In this document: piece after piece, positions 34,301 to 42,388 of the stretch
Layout: each line of letters starts with the position of its first letter
Numbering within the stretch: the first letter of the stretch is position 1
Virus record (IMG/VR): IMGVR_UViG_3300020045_000613
Span: 1-42,388 of that record
Source: a virus
Taxonomy: Duplodnaviria > Caudoviricetes
Direction: 5' to 3' (one strand)
DNA: 42,388 bases
Notes under the pieces: generated by a model
Seen by the model: only the letters and a program-made list of their open reading frames with translations
What the model was told of the DNA's origin: nothing
Databases searched by the model: none
Program-made: the position numbers and the translations under genes

Positions 34301-36597
34301 TATAGGTTATCCTCGACCGTGAATATCATTGACCAACCATATAGGTGAAGGTCTTTATCAGGCTCAGTTCTGAAGCTGAGAGATAACACCTTACCTGTAC
34401 CACGAAGCTTATTCCTACTGGAGATAATACTAAACCCTGTATCGTAATCATCACTAGAGTCAGTTGGGAAGTGAGTGATACGATAACGATAAGCTTGGAA
34501 CTCTCGCCCCCACTTACCAGAGTTGTCTCCAGTGGCCCACCCCCATCTAGCTTGCACTAAGCAGGAAGATGGATTAAGAGGAACCATATCCTCATCATAG
34601 CCAGTCTCAGTACGTCTCATATGGATGGTGATATAGTTCACACCCTTGTTACGCTGGAAGTCTGTGCCAGACAGATAGCTTGTAACCATGTATGCAGCAG
34701 CATCAACACCAACGTTGTCAAAGCTTCTCCAATCCCTAAACCCACTGTCAGCGTAACGAGCAAACGTATACGAGATGGTAGGGGAGGTTGAGGTGATAAC
34801 TACATAGCCAATCTCTTTTTGCTGTACAGTGCCAATGATAGGCGTACTGATTACAACAGGATCGACACCAATGACTACTGGATCAGTCCCTACTAGGACA
34901 TCAACAGTATCAGTAGTGACTAGATATGGCAGGCCACTGTAGCCCATAATCACTCTAGGAACACCACCATCAGGGGTTTTTATCGTGTTGAGATAGAAGG
35001 CCTGAAGCTGTAGGTCTAGGACAAGCTCCCTAGTCTCCACACTTTCATTCAAGTTGTTGTTAAAAATCCATCGTGCCTTACGCTCGTAGGTGTCATAAGA
35101 ACCAACAGCGATTCTCTTATTAGAAATAGAGAGGCCGTCATAGAATCTCTGGATACGACCAAACGAAATGTTATTACAGGTAAGACTACCACCTTGATCC
35201 GGTGCCACATGATAGATGGCATCATCTGCCCAAAACATAACAGTGCTATCAAGCTGAACGATAGAGCTAGGAGAAGTACAACCTCTATCACTAATCTTCT
35301 CAACAATGTAATTGGTTGCAGTGAAGCCTGTATCAGACCCACCAACAATACGCCACACACCATTAGCGGCAATAACGATGAGAGCAGAGCCAATGTTAAT
35401 CAAAGCCTTGATGTCGTAAGATTCGTTAATACGAATGAAGCCACCATCAGTGTCAACAATATCCGGGCTGGTCTTAGAGGTGGGGTCACCTTCCTGATAG
35501 CAGAGGTTAGCATCAAGGATGTTATCCACAACCTTACTAAACATCACATATGAGGAAAGCTTGGGAGAGCTGCTATCACTGCCGATCACTTCACCAGAGA
35601 AGCCGCCATACCACACTCTACCAGCAAACTCAGCCACAGTTGAGGCTCCGCTCAAGCTGCTATCAACAGGCAGGGTGGAAAGGCCAATACTCAGCTCAGG
35701 ATACCGAGCCATGTTCTTATTATATTCTGACACACGACTAGCGCCACGATCAATAGCATCAATGATGAAATAGCCCTGAGCAGCTCTGGTTGTGCCTAAG
35801 GGGTTATTGAACAGGTCACTAGCAAAGAATCTCTCGACAGTACGATCACCAGCATCCTGTGTATCAGCATAGAATGCTTCAATCACTGTATCGCTGTTAG
35901 CTGGGTAGACACCACCAATAGACTTGAAATAAGCTGCGGGGTCTTTCTTAAGCTCATCGTACTGACCATATCTCGGGATACCGAAGGATTGGTTACGTAG
36001 ATTATAAATATGGGCATCAGTGATGCTCACTGGCCTATTCTGTACATCAGCACCACGAGTGATATCAACACCAGAATATGTATCCTGAACACCAAAGAGG
36101 TCACGAACAAGTAGGCGACGAGTATCTAAGGTGATGGTGTTTGGGGCTGAGAAAGAGAAATAACTAACACTCTTAAGGCCAGTGGCAACAACAAGGATAC
36201 CGTCAACAGTGGCAAAGGAGAATGTCTTATCTCTCGGAGAAGAGAAATTAGCTGTGTGGAACAGACCAGCCGAAACTGCCCCAGCATCTGTATGGAAGAA
36301 CTTAAGCTGGTTGCCAATCTGGACTACCTGAATTACACGTTCAGGATCACCACCAGCATTCTTCCACTTATATGAAGCAGTGGCAAAGGACGTGCCATCA
36401 TTAACGATAGTGGTGGAGATGATGGAGAAGTCGTCTTCGTAATCCATACCTAGTCTACGATTACGACTCCCATCAATATTCAACACCATATTATCTTCGT
36501 CTAAGGAAGAGTTATCAGTCGTTGTTAGCGGGCTGGCGTCTGTTATAAGGCCTGCGTTGAATTTGTTCACTTCCACTAACTGGGTTGTCTTCGACAT
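34300..36597 (-). CDS. Tail tubular protein B (nozzle)
   Basis: 765 aa, beta-rich; FNAGLITDASPL, FAGRVWY and DTDGGFI motifs. Confidence 0.85.
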   Translation of the reverse strand: MSKTTQLVEVNKFNAGLITDASPLTTTDNSSLDEDNMVLNIDGSRNRRLGMDYEDDFSIISTTIVNDGTSFATASYKWKNAGGDPERVIQVVQIGNQLKFFHTDAGAVSAGLFHTANFSSPRDKTFSFATVDGILVVATGLKSVSYFSFSAPNTITLDTRRLLVRDLFGVQDTYSGVDITRGADVQNRPVSITDAHIYNLRNQSFGIPRYGQYDELKKDPAAYFKSIGGVYPANSDTVIEAFYADTQDAGDRTVERFFASDLFNNPLGTTRAAQGYFIIDAIDRGASRVSEYNKNMARYPELSIGLSTLPVDSSLSGASTVAEFAGRVWYGGFSGEVIGSDSSSPKLSSYVMFSKVVDNILDANLCYQEGDPTSKTSPDIVDTDGGFIRINESYDIKALINIGSALIVIAANGVWRIVGGSDTGFTATNYIVEKISDRGCTSPSSIVQLDSTVMFWADDAIYHVAPDQGGSLTCNNISFGRIQRFYDGLSISNKRIAVGSYDTYERKARWIFNNNLNESVETRELVLDLQLQAFYLNTIKTPDGGVPRVIMGYSGLPYLVTTDTVDVLVGTDPVVIGVDPVVISTPIIGTVQQKEIGYVVITSTSPTISYTFARYADSGFRDWRSFDNVGVDAAAYMVTSYLSGTDFQRNKGVNYITIHMRRTETGYDEDMVPLNPSSCLVQARWGWATGDNSGKWGREFQAYRYRITHFPTDSSDDYDTGFSIISSRNKLRGTGKVLSLSFRTEPDKDLHLYGWSMIFTVEDNL

Positions 36598-36766
36598 CTA
36601 CTTCCTCCTTTCCCTTAAGATAACTATCAATGAACTGTCGGGCTACATGCTTACTAGTGTATGAGCCAATCAGAGACTTATGTAAGCTACCTTTACCATC
36701 GTAAGCAATCTCATAAGAGATAAGGGACGGACTAGCCTTGATGATATAACCACGATAACTTTCCAT
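36515..36766 (-). CDS. Small protein between the tail tubular genes
   Basis: AGGAG RBS; TAATG coupling; 3' end overlaps the nozzle gene by 83 nt. Confidence 0.7.
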   Translation of the reverse strand: MESYRGYIIKASPSLISYEIAYDGKGSLHKSLIGSYTSKHVARQFIDSYLKGKEEVDVEDNPVSGSEQIQRRPYNRRQPANND

Positions 36767-37557
36767 TAGTCTCTCCTAAAGGTAGGGTCTTTCTTCAATC
36801 CACCCCGGTTCCTACCATAGTTGAAGGGATAGATATCTTTAGCGTGTGCTCTCCAAGACTTCTGTGAAGCCCACCTATTCTGACGACTGGCTTCCTGCTC
36901 AGCTTTGACATCCTGTGTCTGCTTGAGCTTGAACATAGCCTTGCTCTTACTCTCCTCAATAAGGATGATAAAAGCTTCATCAGGCAAGTCAGGGATGAAG
37001 TCATTCTCCATCTCAAACTCAGGTATGATGTAAGCTCTAGCCTGTACCTTACTTGACTGAAGTGTGCTGTCAGCACCTGCATCATACGAATCAAAGACTA
37101 GATCAGTGTCATTGAATGAAGTGAAATACTGAGGAGCCTTATTAGACGAGATGAGAAATTTAATACCAGAGGGATCAGTGACAACAGTGGTATTGACATC
37201 AGTGGAGTTACGCTGATTAGTATTACGAAGGAAGGCATCGGGATCAAGATACTTCATCTGAGTGAAGTTGATTCTATCCGATGGGCTCTTCCTAGTGTCG
37301 TAATAAACAGAGATAAGCTCTTTGATGTTATCGTCAATCGACATATGTGTAGGACGCTCACTATCACTGTAGGGCGTCAAGCTAATCACTCTGGCAGTAT
37401 GGGGCCAATTACGATTAGACATCATAGCCTGATAAGTGGTTTTAACGATCTGAGCCACTTGCATAGCTTCATCAGTATCGTTGATGTTAGAGACGTAGTC
37501 TCCATCCATATCAGAGAGGATGTCAGTTACAATTTCAATTAGTGTATACTTGGCCAT
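36766..37557 (-). CDS. Tail tubular protein A (adaptor)
   Basis: TLIEIVTDILSDMDGDYVSNINDTDEAMQVA; FIPDLP; start MAKYTL coupled to the upstream stop. Confidence 0.85.
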   Translation of the reverse strand: MAKYTLIEIVTDILSDMDGDYVSNINDTDEAMQVAQIVKTTYQAMMSNRNWPHTARVISLTPYSDSERPTHMSIDDNIKELISVYYDTRKSPSDRINFTQMKYLDPDAFLRNTNQRNSTDVNTTVVTDPSGIKFLISSNKAPQYFTSFNDTDLVFDSYDAGADSTLQSSKVQARAYIIPEFEMENDFIPDLPDEAFIILIEESKSKAMFKLKQTQDVKAEQEASRQNRWASQKSWRAHAKDIYPFNYGRNRGGLKKDPTFRRD

Positions 37558-38168
37558 TAGGCAGCTCCAGCGATCTTCTGGATACGGGCAGCAGCAGATG
37601 GAACGTTGTTCCAACCGGCTAGTACAGGATCAAGTGTGTAGAGCCCACCATCATTGGCACCAGTGCTATCACGGATAATCTGCATAACAATGGTATCCGT
37701 AGCAGCAAACGACCTAATGATCGTCTCACTATACGAATAGAAATTAATGCTTGTATCCATCTGAGCACTGGCTGGAAAGCCAGAGGCTGTCCCATTAATC
37801 AGGAGACGAGAGACAAGCTTAGCAATACCTGTAGCGTTGGCTCTGCCGTAGTTGAGGTTGAATGTAATAGCGTACAGGCCAGCAGTGTTGATGGTGATGA
37901 TACCGTTAGACGCAACAGTCACATTAGCATTAGAGTCACCAGCACCCCAAGTCACTTGGTAAGGGGTATCTACAGCAGCGGGGCCTTGCGTAACAATTGA
38001 CTGAACCTCAAGGGTGGAGCCAATAGAGATATTAGAAAGGGTGTTAGGTGCAACGAAAGACGTAGTGCCATCACCGTTAGACTTTATTACCTGACCAGCG
38101 CTAGCCGTGGAAGCACCTTTAGCTTCATGGCGATTGGCGTCAGAGATTGCGGAATGTTGGGTCGCCAT
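37557..38168 (-). CDS. Virion structural protein with C1q/TNF-like jelly-roll C-terminus (short fibre or decoration)
   Basis: N-terminal HEAKG; GIITINTAGLYAITFNL; GGAGG RBS. Confidence 0.7.
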   Translation of the reverse strand: MATQHSAISDANRHEAKGASTASAGQVIKSNGDGTTSFVAPNTLSNISIGSTLEVQSIVTQGPAAVDTPYQVTWGAGDSNANVTVASNGIITINTAGLYAITFNLNYGRANATGIAKLVSRLLINGTASGFPASAQMDTSINFYSYSETIIRSFAATDTIVMQIIRDSTGANDGGLYTLDPVLAGWNNVPSAAARIQKIAGAA

Positions 38169-38184
38169 GCTACCTCCTTAAGAT

Positions 38185-38221
38185 AAAAATAAAGGCGAGG
38201 CAGATTTCTCTACCCCGCCTT
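38185..38221 (-). terminator. Intrinsic terminator after the capsid genes
   Basis: On the - strand: AAGGCGGGGTAGA-GAAA-TCTGCCTCGCCTT followed by TATTTTT. Confidence 0.85.
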
Positions 38222-38227
38222 GGAATG

Positions 38228-38785
38228 TTACGGAAGCACCGGGCCACCAGCAAGGGCGGGAGACGGAGCACGATTAATACGATCAAACAGGATGGTGATC
38301 CGGGCCTTACCTGCGTCGGTAATCACTGGCGTGGTGCCAGAGAACACGAAGCCAATGGTAGTGTTGGCAGCCAGAGGGGCTTCAGCATCCCACGTACCCG
38401 ACAGGGCAGAAGTGAGGTTAACCGAGCCAGTGGCTTCGAGCTGAGCTTCCGTAACGGTGAAACCGTTCGTAGCTTCAGAACCAGCAGTACCAACTTCAAG
38501 AGCAGGGGTCGTACCAGTGACGACGAAAGCCTCTTCCACGTCCATATACACGGCAGTGATAACTGCACCAGCAGGCAGGACAAAGGGACGAGCACCAACG
38601 AGGCCATCATTGAAGAACGTACCATCGAAGTCGATGATAAGCTCTTCCTTCATACCCTCAACCTTGTTAACACCTACGGTGCCACCAACATCACGAGTAC
38701 CAAACTGATTGCGAACGTTCTCAACAACGTTACCACCGGAGCCGACGAGGACGCCGTTACCGAAGGGAGTAGTATAAACAGCCAT
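38228..38785 (-). CDS. Capsid-associated (decoration) protein
   Basis: Lies between the MCP and the terminator; highly expressed codon bias; beta-rich. Confidence 0.7.
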   Translation of the reverse strand: MAVYTTPFGNGVLVGSGGNVVENVRNQFGTRDVGGTVGVNKVEGMKEELIIDFDGTFFNDGLVGARPFVLPAGAVITAVYMDVEEAFVVTGTTPALEVGTAGSEATNGFTVTEAQLEATGSVNLTSALSGTWDAEAPLAANTTIGFVFSGTTPVITDAGKARITILFDRINRAPSPALAGGPVLP

Positions 38786-38801
38786 AGCTATATCCTCCTA
38801 A

Positions 38802-39749
38802 TTACGCGGCAACGCGGTTGGTACGATGGGTGACAAGCACAGCAGCCGTATCGAGACGCTGAACACCGAAGCCATAACGCTCACGGACAACGAACTCATC
38901 ACGGGCACGATCCTTGTTACGTTCACCTTCAGCACGAGGAGCACGACGCCATGCAAACATGACGGGCTTCGTGTTGTCATCAGCGACCGACATGAACAGA
39001 TTCCAAACGCCATCAGCAATGGACGAAGTGCCATCGTTAGCAGCGCCGGTGTACAGGCGGTTCGAGGTGATGACAGTCCAGCCATACCACATGTTGATGA
39101 AGCGCTGACCACGAGCAAGACCGTTGGCGAGGATTTCAGCAGGCCAGCCAGTAATGTCGGAAGTCAGGGTCACAAGACCAGAGAGCGTAGCCTCAACGAT
39201 GGGATCGACAATAGCTACTCGGCCCTCAGCGGGAACGTTAGCCTTATCGAAAGCCAGACGCATTGCAAGGAAATGATCGAGAGTGGCAACACCGTTCGTG
39301 TCAGCCGAAACAACCTTATGGGCAAAGCCATTAACGAGGTACGGGGACGCGGCCTGCATAGCCAGCGGGATAGTTTCGAGGAAACGGGTTTCACGATATT
39401 CCTGAAGGGCACGAGTCTGCTCAACAGAGCGTTCGGCCATCAGTCGATCAATGGAAGTGCCATCTTCACGAAGGTCGTCGGTGACATACCAAGCATCGCC
39501 AACGTAGTCGGTGATGACCATGGTGATTTCACCAGTTTCAATCGGGTTGTAGATCAGAGGCGTATCTTCTGCAGCTTCCTGAAGGGTAACAGTACCGATA
39601 GTCTTAATGTGGAAAGTGGAGCCCTTATCGAACTCAGAAACGTTACGATAGAACGTCTCGGGCAGCATGCCATCATGGAGATTGGTCAGGATGTAGTCAG
39701 AATATACTTCGGCCTCGATAAACGCGCGGGTATTAGTAGTAAGCTGCAT
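38802..39749 (-). CDS. Major capsid protein
   Basis: 315 aa; FIEAEVYS, YVGDAWYVTDDLREDG, FDKANVPAEGRVAIVDP and RYGFGVQR; follows the scaffold. Confidence 0.92.
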   Translation of the reverse strand: MQLTTNTRAFIEAEVYSDYILTNLHDGMLPETFYRNVSEFDKGSTFHIKTIGTVTLQEAAEDTPLIYNPIETGEITMVITDYVGDAWYVTDDLREDGTSIDRLMAERSVEQTRALQEYRETRFLETIPLAMQAASPYLVNGFAHKVVSADTNGVATLDHFLAMRLAFDKANVPAEGRVAIVDPIVEATLSGLVTLTSDITGWPAEILANGLARGQRFINMWYGWTVITSNRLYTGAANDGTSSIADGVWNLFMSVADDNTKPVMFAWRRAPRAEGERNKDRARDEFVVRERYGFGVQRLDTAAVLVTHRTNRVAA

Positions 39750-39942
39750 TTATGATTCCTTTAGTTGGAACAGGCTAGCCTAGCTCGCCTCGTTCGAGTT
39801 TTCGCATAACATTCTCCTTGATCTTCAACAGATAGTCAACTTGGTTACGACCAGTGGCACCACTGCCGGAGAGCAAGCTCTTATCGGGACGGGTGACTGA
39901 TGGCCGAACGCTCTGTTGAGCAGACTCGTGCCCTTCAGGAAT
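39398..39942. repeat. Perfect 48-bp inverted repeat (39398-39445 / 39895-39942)
   Basis: ATTCCTGAAGGGCACGAGTCTGCTCAACAGAGCGTTCGGCCATCAGTC and its exact reverse complement, 449 bp apart. Confidence 0.95.
39775..39894 (-). pseudogene. Probable out-of-frame C-terminal part of the scaffold gene
   Basis: TRPDKSLLSGSGATGRNQVDYLLKIKENVMRKLERGELG has phage-like codons and no RBS or start of its own; ends just before the MCP RBS. Confidence 0.55.
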
Positions 39943-40525
39943 TGGTGGAGGTGACGGGCTTATAGTCCGCACCGAAATAAGCAAGCACAGCTTTTGGTTT
40001 AGCCTTAGAGAGCGTTTCCAGCTCCTGAAGGGTCATGTCGAGTTCTCTCGCTTTGAGCTTAACAGCTTCCTTAGCTTTTTCTTCTGAGCCATACTTTTGA
40101 ATGAGCTGGGCATTAACTCCCTTGAGATTCTCAAACTCTGCCGTCGCACGAGTCTGATTCGCAAGTTCGTTCTTAAACAGTTCACGCGCTGCTTGTTCAC
40201 TAAGTCCGCCAGTGGTCGTGGTCTGCGTCCGAGGCTGTTCTTGGTTTCCGCTTCCCTGAAGCTTAGCCAACGCATCTTCAAGAGCCTTGATCTTCTGAGC
40301 CTCAGTCTTCAGCGTGGCATTGTCCGACTCAAGAGTACGGATATGGGTCTGAGAGTGAGCGAGAGCATCAAGAGCGTCTTCTACGCTGGTATACTTCGGG
40401 GTGCCATCATCACGCTTAATAGCGACAAGCTTTTCAGCAAGAGCCTGAGCGTAGGCAGCAGCATTATCAGTAGTGTTACCTTCGGTGTTGGTCGTACCTT
40501 CGGTAGATTCGTTGAATAGAGTCAC
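39935..40525 (-). CDS. Capsid scaffolding protein (apparently truncated by the inverted segment)
   Basis: GTPKYTSVEDAL..LAHSQTHIRTLE coiled coil; GTG start with AAGGA RBS; lies between portal and MCP. Confidence 0.85.
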   Translation of the reverse strand: MTLFNESTEGTTNTEGNTTDNAAAYAQALAEKLVAIKRDDGTPKYTSVEDALDALAHSQTHIRTLESDNATLKTEAQKIKALEDALAKLQGSGNQEQPRTQTTTTGGLSEQAARELFKNELANQTRATAEFENLKGVNAQLIQKYGSEEKAKEAVKLKARELDMTLQELETLSKAKPKAVLAYFGADYKPVTSTNS

Positions 40526-40538
40526 TGGTCAGTGTCCT

Positions 40539-40556
40539 TTTATTTTGCAAAATAAA
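40539..40556. promoter_or_regulatory. Perfect 18-bp palindrome abutting the scaffold RBS
   Basis: TTTATTTTGCAAAATAAA. Confidence 0.4.
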
Positions 40557-40654
40557 CATATCTATATAATATAATTACTATAAGATAGAGCAGAGAGACG
40601 ATTAACATCATCTCAGCTGCTCCTAGTAGTATACTAGAAAGAAGTTTGGTTCTA

Positions 40655-40684
40655 TATATACTAAAATTTCAGATTTTTTGTGAG
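40655..40684 (-). promoter_or_regulatory. Late promoter motif CTCACA-N17-GTATATA for the scaffold/capsid operon
   Basis: On the + strand: TATATAC 40655-40661 and TGTGAG 40679-40684; AT-rich upstream tract. Confidence 0.8.
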
Positions 40685-40701
40685 GGATTTTTGAAATATT
40701 T

Positions 40702-40953
40702 TTAGTCTTGTTCCCCACTCAAGATAGAAATCACCTCCTTCAGAGCTTCTTCGTAGCCAAAAGCATGGGCAACATGATTGTTCCAATTGGGATTGTCGTA
40801 ATCCCTGCTAACGTTTGTTCGTTTGGATTCGATCTTGTCAGATAACACCTCCACTAGTCGTTTACGAAGAATTGAGGCAGACACGAAATCTGCCTTAAAA
40901 TGCACTACTTGGTCTGCATCTAAGCCAGCCAAGAGGGATGATTTAACTTTCAT
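40702..40953 (-). CDS. Hypothetical protein (83 aa)
   Basis: Abuts the upstream stop; ...WNNHVAHAFGYEEALKEVISIL. Confidence 0.75.
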   Translation of the reverse strand: MKVKSSLLAGLDADQVVHFKADFVSASILRKRLVEVLSDKIESKRTNVSRDYDNPNWNNHVAHAFGYEEALKEVISILSGEQD

Positions 40954-41061
40954 TTACTTCTTTCGGTTGAGCTTCTTAGCCCCACCCTTCTGTACTACAG
41001 TGGCGATAGCCTGAATCTTAGGGTTAGCCACATAGCTAGGAAGCTTCTTAATGTTTTTCAT
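40954..41061 (-). CDS. Small basic protein (35 aa, MKNIKKLPSYVANPKIQAIATVVQKGGAKKLNRKK)
   Basis: GAGGA RBS; fills the gap exactly. Confidence 0.55.
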   Translation of the reverse strand: MKNIKKLPSYVANPKIQAIATVVQKGGAKKLNRKK

Positions 41062-41066
41062 ATTGG

Positions 41067-41222
41067 TTAGTCCTCGGCAGGAGGAAAGACATTCTTCTGA
41101 ATTAGAACACCATTCTCATCAAACTCAGGCTGAACATTATCCTTTTCGGGCTTCTGTTTAACCGGCTTCTTTTCTTTAACGTCAGGATTATCCACCTTGA
41201 CGATCTTCTTTGGTCGTGCCAT
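41067..41222 (-). CDS. Small protein (51 aa, MARPKKIVKVDNPDVKEKK...)
   Basis: GGAGG RBS directly after the portal stop. Confidence 0.6.
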   Translation of the reverse strand: MARPKKIVKVDNPDVKEKKPVKQKPEKDNVQPEFDENGVLIQKNVFPPAED

Positions 41223-41231
41223 TCTAACCTC

Positions 41232-42388
41232 CTATAGGTCTGTGGGGATGGATTCAGGATCAGCAGGGGTAGTGGCTTGAACATCCACTTCCTCACCAGC
41301 CTGATTCATCATACTAGACGTAGCTGCCTGTTCTGCAACAGCAACGTTCGGACGGAAGATATCATAGCCACGAAGGTTCGTAACATCCTTGACAAACTCA
41401 GCAAGCTGCGTACCAGAGGTATGAGGCGCGATGAGTGGGGCAATTGGACTGTTAAAGATACCGATGATATTCTGAAGCTCTGTAGCCTGCTGACTGAAGT
41501 GTCTAGCACCTACAGGACGGAGAACACCACTAGCGGTAATATCTTCCTTAGTCACTTCTCTGAACTGCTGGACACCGATAGATGTATCAAGGATACGGAT
41601 GGTTTCCACTTCGTCCATATGACGACGAGCTGTTTCTAGCATGTCGTTGAGAATTGGTTCTAAAAGGTTCACCTCAAAATGCTTGGCTTTCTCTTGAAAG
41701 ATACGACCAGCAGCATTATCTAGAAGCTGCACCTCGAATGCTGTCTTTTCACCGGGGCTACGGACACCCATAGCCTCTCTAGGAGCACCAGCCATAAGCT
41801 CCATCATATCCATGAGACGCTCAATCTGCTGATCGGTGATGATGATGGAGTTGAGGTTCTTACCAAGCTCCTGTACGTCACCGTTCTCGTCGATATGAAT
41901 AGGAACACCCGGACCCCAAGTAAACTCTTCCACTTCACCGATGATCTTCAAGGGCGGGTGAACAGTCAGGTCCATAGCATCGGCCTTCAGGTTCTCCAGA
42001 TGGTCAATGCGATACTGCATACCAACCAGATTATCCAGAGGCCCCATAGCCCACAGATTATCAGGACGCATACGCCAGCCCACATGCCAGATGGGAGCTT
42101 CACCATCGTGCGTAGCAATGGGTTCATCACGGACCAGAACACAGCGATCCACAACCGTAATCATACGATTGGTCGTCAGCTCACCGGTGTCAGCGTTGTG
42201 ATAGTCTCCGTAGAACTCCAATACCTCAACCATATCACCCATGAAGTATTCGTACATATCACCGAAACCATCAATGGAAATCTGGACAGCCTTGTTGAAG
42301 TCTTCCTTCGAATACCCCTTACCCCTCTGTCGAATGAGTTCTCGCTTTTCGAGAGCCTGAAGCCAAAATGCCTGTTCAGGTTCAACCA
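41232..42388 (-). CDS. Portal protein (5' part outside the window)
   Basis: Frame is open to the window edge; GWRMRPDNLWAMGPLDNLVGMQYRIDHLEN and GEKTAFEV motifs. Confidence 0.92.
   Translation of the reverse strand, partial: VEPEQAFWLQALEKRELIRQRGKGYSKEDFNKAVQISIDGFGDMYEYFMGDMVEVLEFYGDYHNADTGELTTNRMITVVDRCVLVRDEPIATHDGEAPIWHVGWRMRPDNLWAMGPLDNLVGMQYRIDHLENLKADAMDLTVHPPLKIIGEVEEFTWGPGVPIHIDENGDVQELGKNLNSIIITDQQIERLMDMMELMAGAPREAMGVRSPGEKTAFEVQLLDNAAGRIFQEKAKHFEVNLLEPILNDMLETARRHMDEVETIRILDTSIGVQQFREVTKEDITASGVLRPVGARHFSQQATELQNIIGIFNSPIAPLIAPHTSGTQLAEFVKDVTNLRGYDIFRPNVAVAEQAATSSMMNQAGEEVDVQATTPADPESIPTDL

Noticed and set aside
38790-38830. Programmed frameshift or readthrough extension of the MCP
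   Set aside because: No slippery heptamer near the TAA stop; the downstream gene has its own AGGAGG RBS.
38826-39755. 309-aa antisense ORF spanning the MCP (also 28342..29181, 29752..30540, 32779..33501, 38147..38833)
   Set aside because: Codon-bias shadow frames with no recognisable domains.
39446-39894. Recombinase-driven phase-variation cassette between the 48-bp inverted repeats
   Set aside because: No recombinase in the window, and inversion would destroy the essential MCP gene.
42176-42385. Apparent frameshift at the portal 5' end
   Set aside because: The portal frame is open to the window edge; the short ORF is an alternative frame.

Overview
About 42 kb of a lytic podovirus genome with two convergent arms, a layout typical of Zobellviridae/PA11-like phages (inferred from gene order; an alphaproteobacterial host is plausible but unproven). 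The + arm (1-24.3 kb) carries two tRNAs, a phiEco32-type peptide-ligase cluster (class I and II glutamine amidotransferases, COOH-NH2 ligase, amidoligase, gamma-glutamylcyclotransferase, ATP-grasp), a primase-helicase, an ECF-like sigma factor, a family A DNA polymerase, nucleases, ThyX, and a class II RNR split at its catalytic Cys codon by a group I intron encoding an HNH endonuclease. A bidirectional terminator (~24.4 kb) separates it from the - arm: partial portal, scaffold, capsid, tail tubular proteins, internal virion proteins and lysis genes. Non-obvious signals: a four-copy promoter motif CTCACA-N17-GTATATA (one copy fires antisense into a structured ~270-bp non-coding region); a perfect 48-bp inverted copy of capsid-gene sequence that breaks the scaffold gene; a multibranched RNA overlapping the tRNA-Leu 5' end; three ~10-bp-periodic GC-rich DNA patches; a DarG-like macrodomain candidate; and an HNH gene that appears to have captured the exonuclease start codon.
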